Virus record (IMG/VR): IMGVR_UViG_3300021335_000004 | DNA length: 64,000 nucleotides | Origin: a virus | Reading direction: 5' to 3' (one strand) | Shown here: piece by piece, positions 7,906 to 17,380 of the stretch | How positions within the stretch are numbered: the first letter of the stretch is position 1 | Layout: the number at the start of each line of letters is the position of its first letter | The notes under the pieces: model-generated | Database searches by the model: none | Told to the model about the DNA's origin: nothing | What the model saw: only the letters and a program-made list of their open reading frames with translations | Position numbers and translations under genes: made by a program

Positions 7906-9063
7906 ATGCCAAAAATTAAAGTATTACGTGGAAACACTTCATCACTCGCAAACTATGCTGGACAATCTGGGGAGATTGCCCTTAACTCAGACACAGGCAA
8001 TATTTATTTCTGGACAAATACTGCAAACGTTTTTTATACTTTTGCAGGAGTACCTGCTGCTCCTGCTGGTGATAGTCCTTTTCAGGGTAGTACTTCTGGG
8101 TATATAATTGGAGGCGTTAGTGCTTATCCACTGTTAAGTGGTAGTAACCAAATACAGAAGTTTGGATTTAGTTCTGGAAGTCCAGCATCTGGAATTGGCA
8201 GTATGGCTGGGCAAGTAGTAGCAGCTGGAGGAGCTTCTTCTGATACGAATGGATATGTTCAAGGAGGTTTTAGAACTAATCCTTATGGTAGCTATAACGC
8301 TAATATAGATAGACATCCTTTTTCTTCAGATTCAAATGGGTCTTTTGTACAAACTTTAGATCCTAGTCCTACAATGCCTTCACCAACGGTAAATCAACAA
8401 CATATGACAGGTTTTCAGTCTTTAAGTACAGGATATGCGTATTGGGGTAGAGGTTCGGGTGAGATAAAAATGCCTTTTTCTTCTGATACTGATGCAGCTA
8501 CCTTTACAGATGATATGGCTAGACAGTATACTCCTAGCCCACTTCAAATAACTTCAACCATGTTATCCGCAGGTGCTACTTCTACTCAAAATAGGTACAA
8601 AGCTGGAGGCTATCAACCAAACACACCTTTTGCAGGATATTTTGGAATACTGAGAAATCCTTTCTCATCAGACGCCTCTATAATTGTTGGAGGATTAACG
8701 TGGCCAGGTTATTATGCGAGTGGTGTATCTGGAGAAACAGCAGGTTATGCAGTGGGTGGAGCGCCTGCGTATAACAACAGCGCGTCAACTCCAAACCCTG
8801 CTTTACAAGAACATGACAACATTCAAAAGTTCTTATTTGCTTCAGACACAGATGCTACTGACGTAGGACAATTGGCACAAACAAGACAACAAGCGACAGG
8901 ATTTTCTAGTACAACTGATGGTTACGTAGCAGGAGGGGTTGTAAGACCTGCAAACACTGCCAAAGATGAGATATACAAATTCCCATTTTCATCTGAATCT
9001 ACTGTTTCCGATCAAGCTGAAATGGTAATAGCTAGATGGTCGATTTCATCAACACAAGTATAA
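7906..9063 (+). CDS. Kelch-like repeat virion/receptor-binding protein
   Basis: Repeats of GYxxGG…IxKFPFSSD; N-terminal GEIALNSDTG anchor. Confidence 0.75.
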   Translation: MPKIKVLRGNTSSLANYAGQSGEIALNSDTGNIYFWTNTANVFYTFAGVPAAPAGDSPFQGSTSGYIIGGVSAYPLLSGSNQIQKFGFSSGSPASGIGSMAGQVVAAGGASSDTNGYVQGGFRTNPYGSYNANIDRHPFSSDSNGSFVQTLDPSPTMPSPTVNQQHMTGFQSLSTGYAYWGRGSGEIKMPFSSDTDAATFTDDMARQYTPSPLQITSTMLSAGATSTQNRYKAGGYQPNTPFAGYFGILRNPFSSDASIIVGGLTWPGYYASGVSGETAGYAVGGAPAYNNSASTPNPALQEHDNIQKFLFASDTDATDVGQLAQTRQQATGFSSTTDGYVAGGVVRPANTAKDEIYKFPFSSESTVSDQAEMVIARWSISSTQV

Positions 9064-9094
9064 ATACAACACCACTTATAAGAGGACATAAGAA

Positions 9095-10495
9095 ATGGCA
9101 GTAATTAAATGGGCAAGAGCCGCTTCATATAATAAAGCAAATACATATCCAGGCGCTAATGGTGAAATAGTGATTGATATAGAGCAGAACCGTCTATTTT
9201 TATATGATGGTGCAAATGCTTATGTCAGTAACACTTTTTTTCAGTCTAATGTTTACATTTCTAGCGGAGCTGCCTCGTTTGACTGGACTAACACTCCTAC
9301 AGAAAGCGTTATACGTGCATCAGATGGACAGGCATCTGATACTTTTGGCTCTGTTTGCCGACTAAGTAAAGATGGTCAATATGCTATTGTTGGTACAACT
9401 GAAGAAGATGGAGGTGCAGGTGACCCAATATCTGGTGCTGGTGCTGCTTATGTCTATGTCAGATCTGGTTCTACTTGGACTCAACAAGCTAAATTAACTG
9501 CATCTGATGCGGCATCAAATGATAAATTTGGTATAGATGTATCAATAAGTCAAGACGGAACTTATGCTGTTGTTGGTTCTCAGTATGGGGGTACAGGATC
9601 TGGAAATGATAATCATGGTGCTGTCTACATTTTTGTAAGATCAGGCACTTCTTGGTCCCAACAACAAAAATTAACGGCGTCAGATGCTTATGAAGGTGCT
9701 CAATTTGGGTATAATGTTGATCTAAATGCTGATGGTTCATATGTTGCAATTAGTGCGCCATATGATACACTAAACAACTTAGGGGCAGTATATGTTTTCA
9801 CAAGATCTGGTTCTACGTGGTCACAACAACAAAAATTAACAGCTTCTAATGCTGGATCAGGTGACGGACTTGGTTTTAGCTGTAGAATTAGTGATGATGG
9901 TGATTATATTGTCGCTTGCGCACCATATGAAGATACAACTGCATCAGATGTGGGTATGGCATATATCTTTACCAGGTCAGGCTCTAGCTGGTCACAACAA
10001 GCCAATTTCCAACATTCAGATGCTCAACTTGAAGATAGACTAGGTTTTGGGACGGATATAAGCGGTGACGGAAACTACGCTATTTGTGGTTCTACTTGGG
10101 AAGATGGTGGGGCAGGCGATCCATTAGACAGAGCTGGTGCTGCTTATGTCTTTTTAAGATCAGGCACTTCGTGGGCACAACAGGCTAAACTAACAGCGTC
10201 AGATGCAAGTTCACCTGCTTCATTTGGGTATCAAGTTTCTATTAGTACTGATGGAACATATGCTCTTGTTGGTACAACCTACAACTATCCTGCTACGGCT
10301 TACCTCTATAAAAGAACTGGAACTTCTTGGTCAGAAGTTAAAAAGTTTACTGAAGGCACAACCGGTAATTCAGGTGATAAATTTGGTTTTGCAGTAGATC
10401 TTAGTGGTGATGGTCAGTTTGCTATTGTAACGGCAATTAATGATAGCACGAATGGTAGTGGTTCTGGAGCAGCTTATATCTACGAAGCAACTTAA
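9095..10495 (+). CDS. FG-GAP repeat beta-propeller protein, paralogue
   Basis: Seven FG…GAAYV repeats; N-terminal GANGEIVID…RLFLYDG anchor. Confidence 0.85.
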   Translation: MAVIKWARAASYNKANTYPGANGEIVIDIEQNRLFLYDGANAYVSNTFFQSNVYISSGAASFDWTNTPTESVIRASDGQASDTFGSVCRLSKDGQYAIVGTTEEDGGAGDPISGAGAAYVYVRSGSTWTQQAKLTASDAASNDKFGIDVSISQDGTYAVVGSQYGGTGSGNDNHGAVYIFVRSGTSWSQQQKLTASDAYEGAQFGYNVDLNADGSYVAISAPYDTLNNLGAVYVFTRSGSTWSQQQKLTASNAGSGDGLGFSCRISDDGDYIVACAPYEDTTASDVGMAYIFTRSGSSWSQQANFQHSDAQLEDRLGFGTDISGDGNYAICGSTWEDGGAGDPLDRAGAAYVFLRSGTSWAQQAKLTASDASSPASFGYQVSISTDGTYALVGTTYNYPATAYLYKRTGTSWSEVKKFTEGTTGNSGDKFGFAVDLSGDGQFAIVTAINDSTNGSGSGAAYIYEAT

Positions 10496-10509
10496 AATTA
10501 AAAAAGTTA

Positions 10510-10538
10510 TTGACATATTCTAATTATTTTGCTATAAT
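10510..10538 (+). promoter_or_regulatory. perfect sigma70 promoter
   Basis: TTGACA-17-TATAAT with an extended -10 TG. Confidence 0.85.
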
Positions 10539-10577
10539 TTTCTGAAGTGAAATTTTCAGCAAAAGAAAGGAATTGAA

Positions 10578-11420
10578 ATGACACAACTAATATCACCCAC
10601 AAAATTTACTGAAACTGTTGGCCTTTTAAGGTCATTTTTTTTGGAAAAAGGATTCTTAGAAGTCCACACACAAAACAGGCTTTCTATCCTTGCTGCATGT
10701 GAAGATCCATTCAATGTAGCAACATATAACTATGCAGGCAAAGTATGGCCTCTTCCACAAACTGGCCAAATGTGGCTAGAACATGAATTGCTTTCCCAGC
10801 CCTGTTCAAAGGGCTTTTTTTGTGTCTCCACATCATATAGGCAAGAACCTAACGCAATTCCAGGCAGGCATGATATCATCTTTCCAATGTTTGAATTTGA
10901 AATGCCAGGTAGTGTAGATGATCTAAAAGCAATGGAGTATGAACTATGCGAATACTTAGGTTTTGGTAACATTACAGAAAAGACTTATGCTGAATGGCAA
11001 CAACACTTTGAACTAAGTGCTGATACAGAAATGGGAGCAGAACACGAACTTGCAATGGAAAAAGAGTTTGGTCAAACACTTATTACAAACTTCCCTGAAC
11101 TAACATCGCCTTTCTGGAACATGGCTAGAAACGATGACGGCAACACAGCCAAGAAGATGGATGTAATCCTAGGCGGTATGGAAACCATTGGATCAGCAGA
11201 ACGTTCTTGTGATGTTGACATGATGCGCGATACATTCCATAGTATTGTAGACGGGGAGTACGCAGAGTTACTATTCAAACTATTTGGTAAGGAAAGAGTC
11301 GAAGCAGAACTAGAAAAGTTTTTAGAGTTTGACTTTTTTCAAAGAGTAGGAGGAGGCATAGGTATTACACGTATGATTCCTGCACTAGAAAAGCAACAGG
11401 CTTTAGCCCAGGCAGCATAA
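10578..11420 (+). CDS. class IIb aminoacyl-tRNA synthetase catalytic core only (AsnRS/AS-AR-like; no anticodon-binding domain)
   Basis: Motif 1 LRSFFLEKGFLEV, motif 2 SYRQEP…RH…FPMFEFE, ETIGSAER, motif 3 GGGIGITRM; 280 aa. Confidence 0.85.
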   Translation: MTQLISPTKFTETVGLLRSFFLEKGFLEVHTQNRLSILAACEDPFNVATYNYAGKVWPLPQTGQMWLEHELLSQPCSKGFFCVSTSYRQEPNAIPGRHDIIFPMFEFEMPGSVDDLKAMEYELCEYLGFGNITEKTYAEWQQHFELSADTEMGAEHELAMEKEFGQTLITNFPELTSPFWNMARNDDGNTAKKMDVILGGMETIGSAERSCDVDMMRDTFHSIVDGEYAELLFKLFGKERVEAELEKFLEFDFFQRVGGGIGITRMIPALEKQQALAQAA

Positions 11421-11425
11421 CTTAA

Positions 11426-11512
11426 TCTGGGGTGGTGAAATTGGTAGACACGCACGATTGTTTCTCGTGTGCTTGAGATAGTGTGGAGGTTCGAGTCCTT
11501 CCCCCAGAGCCA
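11426..11512 (+). tRNA. atypical tRNA-Asn(GTT) with Leu-type D arm and long variable arm
   Basis: Acceptor TCTGGGG/CCCCAGA-G-CCA; anticodon arm CACGA-TTGTTTC-TCGTG; 15-nt variable region; T arm GGAGG-TTCGAGT-CCTTC. Confidence 0.85.
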
Positions 11513-11522
11513 AAAATAAAAA

Positions 11523-11542
11523 AAGAGGGCGTAAGCCCTCTT
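11523..11542. terminator. hairpin terminator between convergent units
   Basis: AAGAGGGC-GTAA-GCCCTCTT with an A-run on its left. Confidence 0.75.
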
Positions 11543-11567
11543 AAGTTTGTCTCTAAGAGACATAGGA

Positions 11568-11750
11568 TTATCTGCGTTTCTTATTCAATGCTTCTTCGCG
11601 AGCCTTGCGTTTAGCAACGGTTTGCGGAATTGGCCCAGCATTGATCTTTAGAATAAAAGATTTGATTGCCTCAAAATCATGTTGTGGTTCAGTTACAATT
11701 TGACCATTTTTTACTTTAAGACCACACGGAATTGTTACACCTTCATACAT
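11568..11750 (-). CDS. hypothetical protein
   Basis: Coupled ORF in a minus-strand operon. Confidence 0.6.
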   Translation of the reverse strand: MYEGVTIPCGLKVKNGQIVTEPQHDFEAIKSFILKINAGPIPQTVAKRKAREEALNKKRR

Positions 11751-11971
11751 TATTCATCCTCCTCGTCAAACATTTCAGCAAATTCTGGATATTCTTCAAA
11801 CATATTATCAAGTTGTTCTGGTGTTATGTAATATTGTAAAGCACAATATAAATTCATAATAGTATCCCAACGTTCTGGAGTGTCCTCGTCATCTAGTAAT
11901 TGAATCATCCAGTTTGTTAATGAATGAACTACTACAGCGTCTGTTTGTTCGTCATCTAATTCAACCCACAT
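11750..11971 (-). CDS. acidic hypothetical protein
   Basis: TAATG overlaps; RBS. Confidence 0.65.
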   Translation of the reverse strand: MWVELDDEQTDAVVVHSLTNWMIQLLDDEDTPERWDTIMNLYCALQYYITPEQLDNMFEEYPEFAEMFDEEDE

Positions 11972-12183
11972 TAGTCTGTTCTCCTTAAATCATAAATTCG
12001 TTGTTCTTCAGGGCTTGTAGCAACATGATGCTGCTTATCTGACCAAATAGAGTTATTAACAGTTTCTATAACCCAGATAGTGCCTTGACGCTCAATAATC
12101 TCTTTTAAACGTCCAGCGTCTAGTATTTTTGAGGCTTGTTCATCAGTCATCATACAGCTCCAACCGCAGCCGAGCCATACCAC
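11971..12183 (-). CDS. hypothetical protein (start probably ~12153)
   Basis: Coupled ORF. Confidence 0.55.
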   Translation of the reverse strand: MVWLGCGWSCMMTDEQASKILDAGRLKEIIERQGTIWVIETVNNSIWSDKQHHVATSPEEQRIYDLRRTD

Positions 12184-12368
12184 AGCTCATAATACATAGA
12201 ATTGTCAAAGCCCCAAACATCTTCTACCGCACATTCTACAGCTTCAGAAGGAGACATACTGTCTTGCCAGTAATCATACCACAAACAATCAGGAAGATCG
12301 TCTGAAGATACTCCAAAAGCACCGATACAAACTACATCTACTTCTTTTTTCCACTCGTCAAAAGTCAT
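12150..12368 (-). CDS. hypothetical phage protein
   Basis: MTFDEWKKEVD…DDLPD…DYW motif; promoter and AAGGAG upstream. Confidence 0.7.
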   Translation of the reverse strand: MTFDEWKKEVDVVCIGAFGVSSDDLPDCLWYDYWQDSMSPSEAVECAVEDVWGFDNSMYYELWYGSAAVGAV

Positions 12369-12428
12369 CCTATTCTCCTTTTTTCTGATTATGTTTAATT
12401 ATCACATATAATTAAGTAAAAAGCAAGT

Positions 12429-12632
12429 TTATTTTGAATTCTTAGATTGAAATTTGTGTTTTATAAGTTCAGCTTCTTTTCTAGAAAAAGCTGTTCTAGC
12501 ATTTACAATACCGCTAGGGTCGTGTTCTAATATTTGCCACATATCTCTAGGGTATGCGGAGTTAAATTCATTTTTGAAAGGATAAATCTCAATGTATGGC
12601 GCTACTGGATTCATGATAAATCTCCTCTGCAT
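12429..12632 (-). CDS. hypothetical protein
   Basis: ORF in operon. Confidence 0.55.
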   Translation of the reverse strand: MQRRFIMNPVAPYIEIYPFKNEFNSAYPRDMWQILEHDPSGIVNARTAFSRKEAELIKHKFQSKNSK

Positions 12633-12834
12633 GTGTCATTACTGAGTTACCATAAGTCCAATGCCCATTATCCATAGTGACAACCCACATACCTTTATAA
12701 CTCATAGGTATCTCTGATACTGGAAAACCATATTTAGGATCTTGTGGAGTGGTTTGTTCAATCTCGGTGATATGAGCAATTCCATGACGAGTTAAAATAC
12801 GATCTCCAATAGAGTAATATCCTTGTTTTTTCAT
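12589..12834 (-). CDS. hypothetical protein
   Basis: ORF in operon. Confidence 0.6.
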   Translation of the reverse strand: MKKQGYYSIGDRILTRHGIAHITEIEQTTPQDPKYGFPVSEIPMSYKGMWVVTMDNGHWTYGNSVMTHAEEIYHESSSAIH

Positions 12835-12981
12835 ACTAGTATCCAGCCTATTTCTCTAAGTATATGAACTACAATAATCCCATATAAAGGAAGACCACTT
12901 ATAAATACTCCGCTCCAAAAATCTTTTAGTTCCATTTAATTCTCCATCTTTTTAATAGAATATCAAATAAAAAAGAAACTG

Positions 12982-13539
12982 TCAAGCAACTTCTTTTTCT
13001 AAATGGTGCGGATGCTTACAAATTATGATATTAGCATCTGTATATCTTTTGCTTGCTAACTCCATATCTTCAGTGAAAGGGAGTAGCTTATCATTTTCTG
13101 AATTAAGAATGATTGTCACACGAGAATATCGCCACATCCAATCACGTAATTGCGAACGTGTCCAGCCGTAGTCTCTCACACCTTTTTTTGGAATGATAAT
13201 AGGATACTCATGTTCGCAAGTGAACCATCTTTTGTTTCTATCATCTCGCGCATTGCAAATTTGTCGATGTGTAGGAGGCTTTCCGTTACGCTCTTCTGTT
13301 AATTCATCTTTTATATCTTGATACTTAAATAATGCCTCAGACGACCAAGTTTTACACCACTGAATTAAAGATGCAGTATTAGAATGAACTGCTGTAGTTT
13401 CACAAGAGATAATATCAGAAGCTCCCCGTAGACAACGATCTAAAACATGATACTGATACTTTGGAAGAAGCGGGGTAAGCATACAAGACCATGCTATATC
13501 AATCCAGGTATTTGCTTGTAATTTCCAATCATCATTCAT
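12982..13539 (-). CDS. hypothetical protein, possible His-Me finger nuclease fold
   Basis: TCEHEYP…IILNSENDKL pattern. Confidence 0.5.
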   Translation of the reverse strand: MNDDWKLQANTWIDIAWSCMLTPLLPKYQYHVLDRCLRGASDIISCETTAVHSNTASLIQWCKTWSSEALFKYQDIKDELTEERNGKPPTHRQICNARDDRNKRWFTCEHEYPIIIPKKGVRDYGWTRSQLRDWMWRYSRVTIILNSENDKLLPFTEDMELASKRYTDANIIICKHPHHLEKEVA

Positions 13540-13835
13540 ATGTTCTCTCCTTCTATATTATGTAATTTTTTTATAATTTCAGTTACATTTTCAGGAGTAA
13601 GATAAGGTATCACTTCATCCTTAGTATTAGTGTGTATCCCTGGAACATGAATAAAATTGTTATCTTTAATAATAGCTACTTCATATAGTGTCTTTTTATT
13701 TTCAAGTATAACACTAAGTTTATATTCTCCAAAAGTAGCTATAGCACGTTTAATATTTACTACACCACAAGGATCATCTTCGAATACAAGCTCCTCAAAA
13801 CTATGTATCATCAATCTCACTCCATGATACTTCAT
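13536..13835 (-). CDS. hypothetical protein
   Basis: ORF in operon. Confidence 0.55.
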   Translation of the reverse strand: MKYHGVRLMIHSFEELVFEDDPCGVVNIKRAIATFGEYKLSVILENKKTLYEVAIIKDNNFIHVPGIHTNTKDEVIPYLTPENVTEIIKKLHNIEGENI

Positions 13836-14094
13836 ATCCTCCCTTACGTGCTGACCACCAATCTTCTTCAGACTCAGTAGGATCTAATTCACAACAAAAA
13901 TCAATAAATAATTCTTCTTCTTCTGGGGTGGCAGGGTTGTCTCCTACCCCAGAAGCACCTGTATAATCACAATGATAAGCTAACAATTCTTCAAAACGAC
14001 TTACTGAGCCAAAAACTTCTATTAGTGTTTCATCATCGACTTCATATTTATAATGAAGATTTACGCTATGATGCTCAATCTTTTCAAATATCAT
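13801..14094 (-). CDS. acidic hypothetical protein
   Basis: C-terminal DWWSARKGGYEV. Confidence 0.65.
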   Translation of the reverse strand: MIFEKIEHHSVNLHYKYEVDDETLIEVFGSVSRFEELLAYHCDYTGASGVGDNPATPEEEELFIDFCCELDPTESEEDWWSARKGGYEVSWSEIDDT

Positions 14095-14547
14095 TTAATT
14101 ATCTCCGGTTTCTTCGATAGTAAGTACAAGAGGGCCGTGTATCCACACCTCATAATCTCCACTAGGTTCAAAATCGTGATTTTCTAACCACTCATAAAAG
14201 TCATAGCAGTACTCTTTTTCAATCTCATTCTCTAGTTTTTCTTGTAGTTCTTTTGCCTTTTCTTTTTCTTTATGGCTATAAATAGTTGTATCGCAACTAA
14301 TTCCGTCCCAACAATCTTGCAAATCAAAGTCTTCGTAAGCAGTTATCTCAGTCGCCATCTGAAAAGTATCTTCTTTTGAAGCCTCTACTAAACGAGTATA
14401 TTCTTCTTCGTCAAGAGTAATATAAAAGGTTCCCCAACGCCAAAGAGTCTCATATTGAGCCCAAATAGTAGTATCAGATAAACGATACCATTCAATCTCT
14501 TCTACAGACTTTTTATATTTGGGCTCTACTTTTACTCTCATACACAA
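14095..14547 (-). CDS. acidic hypothetical protein
   Basis: KKSVEE…LWRWG…WDG pattern. Confidence 0.65.
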   Translation of the reverse strand: MCMRVKVEPKYKKSVEEIEWYRLSDTTIWAQYETLWRWGTFYITLDEEEYTRLVEASKEDTFQMATEITAYEDFDLQDCWDGISCDTTIYSHKEKEKAKELQEKLENEIEKEYCYDFYEWLENHDFEPSGDYEVWIHGPLVLTIEETGDN

Positions 14548-14774
14548 GAACCCCCTTCAAGAATAGCGATTTCAGTAGAATCATTATAATCACCATTTGA
14601 TGAATAAGTACGAACAACTGTTTCTCGTACTAAAGTTCCATTACGGTTTTTATAAGTAGTTAATTCTCGTCTAAGTATCCCTACACTACCCTGATCAAAA
14701 GCGGTTTTAAAAGGTCCGTCGATTTCCATTATGCTGCCTTTCTCATTTCTTCTTTTATAGGTTCTTTTTTCCAA
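14538..14774 (-). CDS. hypothetical protein
   Basis: ORF in operon. Confidence 0.55.
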   Translation of the reverse strand: MEKRTYKRRNEKGSIMEIDGPFKTAFDQGSVGILRRELTTYKNRNGTLVRETVVRTYSSNGDYNDSTEIAILEGGSCV

Positions 14775-14914
14775 ACATTACTTTCACAATCATGCCAAAC
14801 AGGAAAATCTGAGTTTTCCTTAGTGGTCTCAGGTTTACCAGCTTCTTGTTTACAATGTTTACATTTATACTTAAAAACTAGAGGAACTGTTAATGTGTGC
14901 ATTTAGTTTTCCTT

Positions 14915-15631
14915 TTACCAGTGTCTGACTTTTTGATAAGGTGGTTCGATACTTAATCTTTCTAAAACTACAAGACCATTATAAAGATGGATACCTTTAG
15001 TGTTTTTAGCAAATTGAGTTAACTGACGATATTCTGCAATATCTCTTCGTTGATCAGGTAACTGGTATTGCTTATCTTGCATTGCGTTATTATGCCAATC
15101 ATCTAATTCTCTATACAAAGTTTGAATATACTCAAGAAAAGAAGGTTTAGAAGTAACATATTCTTTTCTCAAACCTAAATAAGTATCTTCTACAAAAAGA
15201 ACTCCGTTATCGGCCATTCTAGGGTATAAAAACTTTACAATAGTTCTTTGTTTATTAGTATAATGAGTATCATCAACCAATACGTCAAAACTGCCAGCAG
15301 CAGAAGCTACTTTTCTCAAAAAGCTTTCATCTTCTGCCGAACCCTGCATTGTTTTAATACCAAGTTTTTTAAGTTCAGAAACGTCTTTAGGATTCTCATG
15401 AACATGGATAATCTGAAATTCTTCAAGATTCCATTGAGAAACATAATTATGAAATAATATAGAAGAGTCTACACTTTCACTAATATTTACTAGATTGAAC
15501 TTAGTAAGAGAATTTTTTGGTTTTAGTTTTGTTAGATAGTCTTCAAATATTACTAAATGGTGTACCCATTTATCTAATCCTGTATAATTATCATCTAACA
15601 TTTTGTCGTAGATTTGTGTAATTGTTTTCAT
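14915..15631 (-). CDS. class I methyltransferase-like protein with degenerate motif I
   Basis: DKW.H…, QGSAED..FL, FDVLVDD.H, GVLFVEDT; the usual GxG is absent. Confidence 0.65.
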   Translation of the reverse strand: MKTITQIYDKMLDDNYTGLDKWVHHLVIFEDYLTKLKPKNSLTKFNLVNISESVDSSILFHNYVSQWNLEEFQIIHVHENPKDVSELKKLGIKTMQGSAEDESFLRKVASAAGSFDVLVDDTHYTNKQRTIVKFLYPRMADNGVLFVEDTYLGLRKEYVTSKPSFLEYIQTLYRELDDWHNNAMQDKQYQLPDQRRDIAEYRQLTQFAKNTKGIHLYNGLVVLERLSIEPPYQKVRHW

Positions 15632-15699
15632 TATTCACCTCTTAAAATTGGAATTACAGTGTATTATAACACCAAACACACTGTAAGTCCAGAACTTTA

Positions 15700-16386
15700 T
15701 TACTTGCTGTTTTCTTGCTTTTGATTGATATCGTCCCACTCATTTGCAAATTCTTCTGTCCACTTCTCAACGAAATCTTCACGAGACAGTTCTTCTGCAT
15801 CATGCTCACGAGTCATTTCTTCTATCCATTCATAATCATTCTCATACATTTCTACTAACCAATCAGGAGCATCTGTATTATCTCTAGTACCTATAGAGTA
15901 AGAATTATCACCTTCAGCTGAGGAGTAATAACCAATAAAATCCATTCCCGCTTCAAAATAATTAGCCTCTACATTCCAGTCCTGATCCGTAGCAGCCTCA
16001 TAAATACCAGTAGGAGGAGACCAAGCACTATCAAACCAAATATGAAAAGAAAGATCTTCACGATCAAAAGTTATTTGATCAGCTTCAGTACCGATTTCCC
16101 ACTTGGTTCCCCAATTAGCAACACGAAAATCCCACCAACTAGGCATAGTAAACTCGCCATCTTTATGAAGATCAGGATGGGCAGGATTAACACTAGCGGT
16201 ATTATAATCTGGTTCTGGCACAAAGTAATCACAAAAACCTCCTGGCTCTTCAGAGGCTTTATATTCGTCAGTATCTTCATGTTGAGGGTCCCACGCCCAA
16301 TGACGCTCCATATGATCAACAAAGTTGTCAAACGCTTGAGTGCTAGGGGCAGTAAATGTAGCTGAATTGTTACACCAGTTTGGCAT
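15700..16386 (-). CDS. DUF1281/YubB ferredoxin-like-domain protein
   Basis: MPNWCNN…WWDFRVANWGTKW…FDSAWSPP. Confidence 0.8.
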   Translation of the reverse strand: MPNWCNNSATFTAPSTQAFDNFVDHMERHWAWDPQHEDTDEYKASEEPGGFCDYFVPEPDYNTASVNPAHPDLHKDGEFTMPSWWDFRVANWGTKWEIGTEADQITFDREDLSFHIWFDSAWSPPTGIYEAATDQDWNVEANYFEAGMDFIGYYSSAEGDNSYSIGTRDNTDAPDWLVEMYENDYEWIEEMTREHDAEELSREDFVEKWTEEFANEWDDINQKQENSK

Positions 16387-16457
16387 TAGTATCTCCTTAT
16401 CATCCTTAAGTTCTCAATATAGTAATATACTATCAAAAATTAAAGTAAGATGCAAGA

Positions 16458-16832
16458 CTAAAAGAAAAGTAAATAGGTGTATAACAAGTAACAAAAAGAA
16501 TGAAGTATCTGATCCACAGTAGTTAAAGTCCAAAATCTACGACTGTTCCACTCAATAGATAAGCGCTTGCCAATCATAGTTTTACAGTAGTCAATTAGAA
16601 AGTGAAGAACGAAATCAAGTACTAAAAAACCAAAAGCTATTCCCATATGTGCTGTAAAAAATAAAACAACTATAAAAGTCAGAAGAGCGTGCTCTCCTGC
16701 ATGAATATACCCTTTTGGGTTGTATAAATCATCTTTTCCACCTTTAGGTAAGGCAGCTTGTAAATATAAATCTGCAACAGAATGTTTTATAGTAAGAAAA
16801 AAGAAAAATAGCAGTTCCATGTTAACCACCAA
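16458..16832 (-). CDS. DUF3307-like membrane protein
   Basis: KH..AD..LQ, H…H, HFLIDYCK, DQILH. Confidence 0.8.
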   Translation of the reverse strand: MVVNMELLFFFFLTIKHSVADLYLQAALPKGGKDDLYNPKGYIHAGEHALLTFIVVLFFTAHMGIAFGFLVLDFVLHFLIDYCKTMIGKRLSIEWNSRRFWTLTTVDQILHSFCYLLYTYLLFF

Positions 16833-16901
16833 ATACTAGTCTGCTAAACATAGCAATAATAATTACAGCCATAAAAGTCATTATAAAAGTGTCCATACCC
16901 A

Positions 16902-17213
16902 TTACGCTGCTCTCCAAAACTTCCACCAAGATTTTTTGAAAATAGTTTTATGCTGATGAATAAATTCTGGAGTAAAGTTTTTTGTTTTATAGTGCTGTAA
17001 TGCTGACTTAGCATAGGCTCGCTCAACACCATTATGAGAAGTGTCAGTCATAGCATTAAGTTTAAGTAAATCTCCTTCAGTTAAAGATTTACCATACTCA
17101 TTTACAAGTTTATGTGCAGCAAGTTCTATATCAATTTGTAATTCGGTGATATCCATATCCATATCATCCCAAAAGTCTTTTCCAATCATTATATTTCTCC
17201 TTTTAAATCGCAT
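16902..17213 (-). CDS. hypothetical protein
   Basis: Ends KKSWWKFW; RBS before an internal ATG. Confidence 0.6.
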   Translation of the reverse strand: MRFKRRNIMIGKDFWDDMDMDITELQIDIELAAHKLVNEYGKSLTEGDLLKLNAMTDTSHNGVERAYAKSALQHYKTKNFTPEFIHQHKTIFKKSWWKFWRAA

Positions 17214-17380
17214 CCTGAATCAATTCGTTAATTTTACGTTCAAGATCTTCATTTTCGTTTTCAATAAATGAAATTTGATCGCGAAGTTCTTCTACACGTT
17301 CTTTTCGTTTTTCCATTATATCACGAATCTCAGTAAGTACAACTGATAAACGTTGACTAAGTTCAGTAGCTTCGTCCATT

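Noticed and set aside
6473-10495. Diversity-generating retroelement (Mtd_N-like anchors, repeated DNA)
   Set aside because: No reverse transcriptase and no adenine-specific TR/VR pair seen; the repeats are propeller-blade coding repeats.
10578-11420. EpmA (EF-P lysyl ligase) call or frameshifted full-length AsnRS
   Set aside because: Promoter and RBS sit directly upstream, leaving no room for an OB-fold domain; the motifs look closer to the Asn/Asp cores and the adjacent tRNA is GUU.
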